The position numbers and the translations under genes are program-made. Positions 60,130-64,000 of a stretch of DNA of 64,000 bases are shown here, piece after piece. The first letter of the stretch is position 1. Every line of letters starts with the position of its first letter. The DNA is from Felis catus (lineage: Eukaryota). Under the pieces are notes generated by a model, which was not told where the DNA came from, made no database searches, and worked only from the letters and a program-made list of their open reading frames with translations. The stretch spans positions 71,054,001-71,118,000 of the forward strand of contig NC_058368.1 in the NCBI RefSeq assembly GCF_018350175.1. Direction: 5' to 3'.

Positions 60130-62230
60130 GCCCACGCGTGGTGTGTATCTCGTGGGCCTATTCCTAACCTCGCAGTTGTTCCCACTCGCCCGCTCCTAGG
60201 AGATCCGGATCCTCAGTGACCCTTCCTCTCCCCCCGCCCTCCCCGGCCTCGCCATTTCCTGAGCTGGGATCTCCCACAGAAGTCCAGCGTTTCCTGTGTT
60301 GCAGGGACTTCTCCAACTTGGAGCGGAAATCAGGTCCGGGCCAGGGACACAGGGGCCCGTCGCCCCGGTTTCTGGCCCGAGCCCCGAGACCCCTATGGTC
60401 CGCACAGTATTTGGCCGGTGCCGCGGCGTGTGCGGAAAGATGGTTACACCCGAAAGGAATCTCGACTCCTCGCGGAGCCACTGCTCGCGTCTCTCCGCAC
60501 GCTCACGTTCTGGCTCGGCTTTCAGCAACTCCCCCGCCTCTCTAACCACTCGCTCGTAATTCGTGGGCCGCCGCGGAGCTGCGCCCGGGGCTACAGTCCC
60601 CAAATTAAAGCGCTTTTGCAGCCTGGACTCCCAGCGAGCTGCCTCCGCGCGCCACGCCGGCACCTCCTGCCCGCGCTCGCCTCCCCGCCCCGCGTCCCGG
60701 CAGCTGAGATGGATGTGATTTCACGCACATCCTGCGCACACACACGTGCGCACACACGCAGTCGCCCTCAGCGCCGCCCGCACACACGTACGAGCCTGGA
60801 CGCTTTCCTTTTGTGCTCGCTTTGCAGGACGTGCTTCTCTGCCCCTGGCTTCCGCTTTTCGCGCCTCGTCTCCTCCGCCTCGCCCCGGCGAGTCCCCCGG
60901 GCCAGGCTCACTCGTCCCGGCCCCTGTAGCCCCGTGGGGTCCCTCTCCCGCTCCGCCCGGGAGGAGAGCGGCCGCGGAATCTCCAAGCGCGCCCAGCGAC
61001 GGCCGGGGTCTGCGGGCAGCTGGGGCCGCAGGGCTGGCCTCGGGCCTGCGCCCTGTTTGTTTTCCCTTCGCCCCCTGAATGCTAGATTAAGATGTAAAGA
61101 TTACCCGCGCCGAATAATGCCGGGAGTCAACACTCGAGCAAACAAAAGTGCTTGCACAACTCCGCCAACCCCGCTGGGACCCGGGCCTCGGGCTGGGGGA
61201 GAGAACGCGCTCCTCGCTGCTAATTACAAATAAATGATGATGTGCTCACTAAGTAATTGATTTAATGAAGTTCCTATGAAACTATTAAACCCGGGTGGAG
61301 GTCAGGCTGGAGGCGCCCCAGAGCGCCCATTGTGGGCTGTTTAACTCCACCAGGCTCCTCGCAAAGACATCGGGGCTAATAGGTGAAGTCACAGCTGTTC
61401 GCACTGACTTCTCGGAGCGCCCGGCCGGCCGCGGGCACCCTCGCGCCCTCCTCCTGTCGCGCCCTCGTGCCCCGCCGCCCGCGCCCCGCGCCGGCCAGCT
61501 TACCCACGCCACTCCCAGCCCCGCCGCCAGCTCCCGAGGGCCTCTCCAAAGGGATCCCGCGTCTCGTTAAGAGCGGGAAGTTGAGCGCTGAACTTGTGCG
61601 CACCGCCAGCAGTCGGCGGCGTCCACCGCCGCCCACCCCTCCCTCCTCACCCCACCCCCGGCACTTGGTGCAGGAACTGCAGCCAGTGTGCCACGCAGGG
61701 TGCTCGCGCGCTCTTGGCAAGGTGCCTGGAGCCCGAGCGTGTGCCCAGTGCACTGGCTAAGGCGGGGGCGGAGGGGGTTGAGTTGTACATAAGTGTGTGT
61801 GTGGGGGGGGGGGGAGTGTGTGTGTTTGTGGTGTGTGTGCGTGTGTGTGTGAGCGCGTGCCGTACGTTTCCGGCCAAAAGGCCACGTTTTTACATGCCTT
61901 ACCCTGGCCTGCGGCCTGTTCAGGCAAAAAAGTAATAAAGAAGGGGACCGAAGAACAAGGTGCAAAAAAGATCACCCGGGGGACAGTGGGCATGGGAACC
62001 CTAGTCTTAGGTTTTGCAGACCTGCTGTGGGAGGAGGGAGTTGTACTGGCACAGCCCTCTCATCATCCCCACCTCCCACTTCTGCCAGCTCCCTGACCCG
62101 GCCAGGCGGTTCGCCCCAGAGCGACACCTTCAGCTCCCAGTGGGGCGGATCCTGTAGGCCGCAGGCCCCGACGCCCTGGCTGACAGATCCGAGCTACCTC
62201 CCTCCCCACCGTGCACAGAGCCCAGCCCCT
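60130..62230. promoter_or_regulatory. Large CpG island (probably ZIC5-proximal regulatory island)
   Basis: Sustained high GC/CpG, repeat-free apart from simple repeats, AT-rich motif core at 61070-61400. Confidence 0.88.
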
Positions 62231-63089
62231 GCAGGAAGGTGGGAACTGCTTCTCCTGCGGGATGGCTCTTGATGGGAAATGTAACCGCCTCTTATCCTGG
62301 AGGCTGGGGGACCCCTGAGGGGACACAGCCTCTAGATGGAGAAGCAATCATTGCAAACGGATCTGAAGTTAGGGATGCTAAACCCCTGCACTGGGCAGCA
62401 AGGGCAGGAGAGAGCGTTTGAGTGCATCTCCTCCTACCCTCCGGGAACTTTGTAATGAAAGAGAAGGCCCAAGTCCTTCTGGAACTCCACACCGGCAGAC
62501 AGGGCCTCCCTTGGGGGTTCTGGCTGCAGAAGTCAATGGCCCAGGGTACCCTGCACCCCTATACCCCGCCAAGTCTTGTCTCTCCTTGTCAAGAACTAAG
62601 AGTTAACAAAGTTTCTTAAAGTACTCATTTCATCTATGCCAGTTTAATGTTAGTAATTTCCAGCTGCTGAAATCAACTTCCATTTGATTTTCAACCAAAC
62701 GCTTGGAGTTGAGGAGGAGGGGATATTTTGCATGCTGTTGGCGCCCTTAAACAGAACTCCACTCTGTCTGGGTCTTAGGTTTTCCAATACCTGGAGGGAA
62801 AATTGACAAAAATCTTCCCTGAGTCTTGCTTGAGCCCTCAGTTTCACCGTCTGTAAAATTGGATCAGAGATCCTTGGCAAAACTCCTTTGGGCTTTGTGA
62901 TCTTGGAAGGGGACCTTCAGGGGAAGGAGGAAGTCAGTAAAGACGCCGGTTTGCACCAGGCTTTTGTCTTTCTTTGTACAAGCTAGCCCCTTTGTAAAAT
63001 AACGCCTCACCAGACTGCCTAATGGATTTTTGCAGGGCTGGGGTTCTAATTTTCCCCACTCACAAGCAGATGAACGAGAATGAGTGTTC

Positions 63090-63440
63090 CATCCCAGCGA
63101 GTCCCGCGTGGCCCTTGTTTGCTAAACAGCACCTCTCCCAAATGTGCCCAAAGTGGTGCACGCCGCCGGCGCACTCTCCTCCCTGGCCGAGGGCAGATGT
63201 TCCCATTTTGTTCCCGCCTCTCCTCCCCTCACCCAGCTCCTCGTATTCCTTTAACGCCTGCTGAGGACTGCATCCCTGCTGCCCTTAATGTAGGATGGGC
63301 CCTTCTCTTCAGCCTCCAAATGAGAAGTGACATTTGCACTCGGCTCAGCCAACGCGTGAGCACACCGCGGGGACACAGGCCCATTGAGCGAGTGAGGCCG
63401 AGGGGCCGGCGGGCTCGGCGGCGGCGTCCGAAGCTGCCTT
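63090..63440. promoter_or_regulatory. Small CpG-rich island
   Basis: Cluster of CpGs (e.g. gccgaggggccggcgggctcggcggcggcgtccg) followed by ttaattaat. Confidence 0.6.
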
Positions 63441-64000
63441 AATTAATACCATCTTAAATAGTGCAGCAGCCACCGAAGACAAAGTTGAAGAAAGACTTTA
63501 AGGCTGAGTGCCCCTCGACAAGCTCTTTTTCCCCATGTCATTCAATATTTAATGCGCCCGCTTCTAATGCTACTACTGGTGTTCCTTTCTCAGCAAGGAC
63601 ATTATTTTTTCACGGTGCCCATAGCCAGGGAAAGCCCTTTAGGCAAAGAAAATCAAAATGTTTGTTGTTTTGGATGACTTATAACTCTTGTTTAACACAA
63701 GCACTTTCAGCAAAGTATAACAGGCGCAGCGTCCAAAGCAAACAACACAATCCTTGTGACAGAGTCGGACACAAAAAGCACATTGTCTTGCGGACTACCC
63801 CTTTTCTCTGGAGCTAGATGGGGGCCTGTCTCCGAGTGAACACCACGATGCCATTTCACTTTTGAACTATTGTTTTTGAGTTATGCCATGTGGTCAAAAG
63901 GAGCGAGAAGGGGGTTGTTTCCAGGCTCATAAGACAAACGAGTTGCCTTTTCATTGAAATCCCCCCGCGATCCTTGAAAACGGAGTTTAAATGTCACCTC

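Noticed and set aside
60164..62096. ORFs up to 271 aa in the distal island, considered as ZIC5 coding sequence
   Set aside because: No C2H2 zinc-finger pattern or ZIC motifs in any listed frame; ZIC5 appears to lie outside the window.
1..64000. Prokaryotic or viral systems (operons, CRISPR, ERV coding genes, processed pseudogenes)
   Set aside because: No long ORFs with recognisable domains and no repeat-spacer arrays; only a solo MaLR LTR was seen.

Overview
Mammalian (cat-family, judged from ~40 felid-type Can-SINEs) genomic DNA, almost entirely non-coding. The only protein-coding sequence I can support is the last coding exon of CLYBL (7593-7688, + strand, GAFTFQGSMIDMPLLKQAQNIVTLATSIKEK*). 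It is followed by a 993-nt intron inside the 3' UTR and a terminal UTR exon with an ATTAAA poly(A) signal; bases 1-7592 read as the preceding CLYBL intron. The remaining ~55 kb is intergenic. By recalled human gene order (CLYBL, then ZIC5/ZIC2) it should be the regulatory interval running toward the 3' end of ZIC5, which is not in the window. It contains orphan CpG islands (~11.5-13.0 kb, ~60.1-62.2 kb, ~63.1-63.4 kb), several repeat-free motif-dense blocks that look like developmental enhancers, and layered SINE/MIR/L1/L2/MER/MLT repeats. The most unusual structure is a 115-bp, 4-mismatch inverted repeat (33583-33697 / 34387-34501) enclosing three SINEs. I see no convincing novel gene system, and the ORF track is spurious. 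Repeat subfamily names and enhancer calls come from recalled consensus sequences and motif reading by eye, not from database searches; repeat boundaries are approximate unless TSDs are given.
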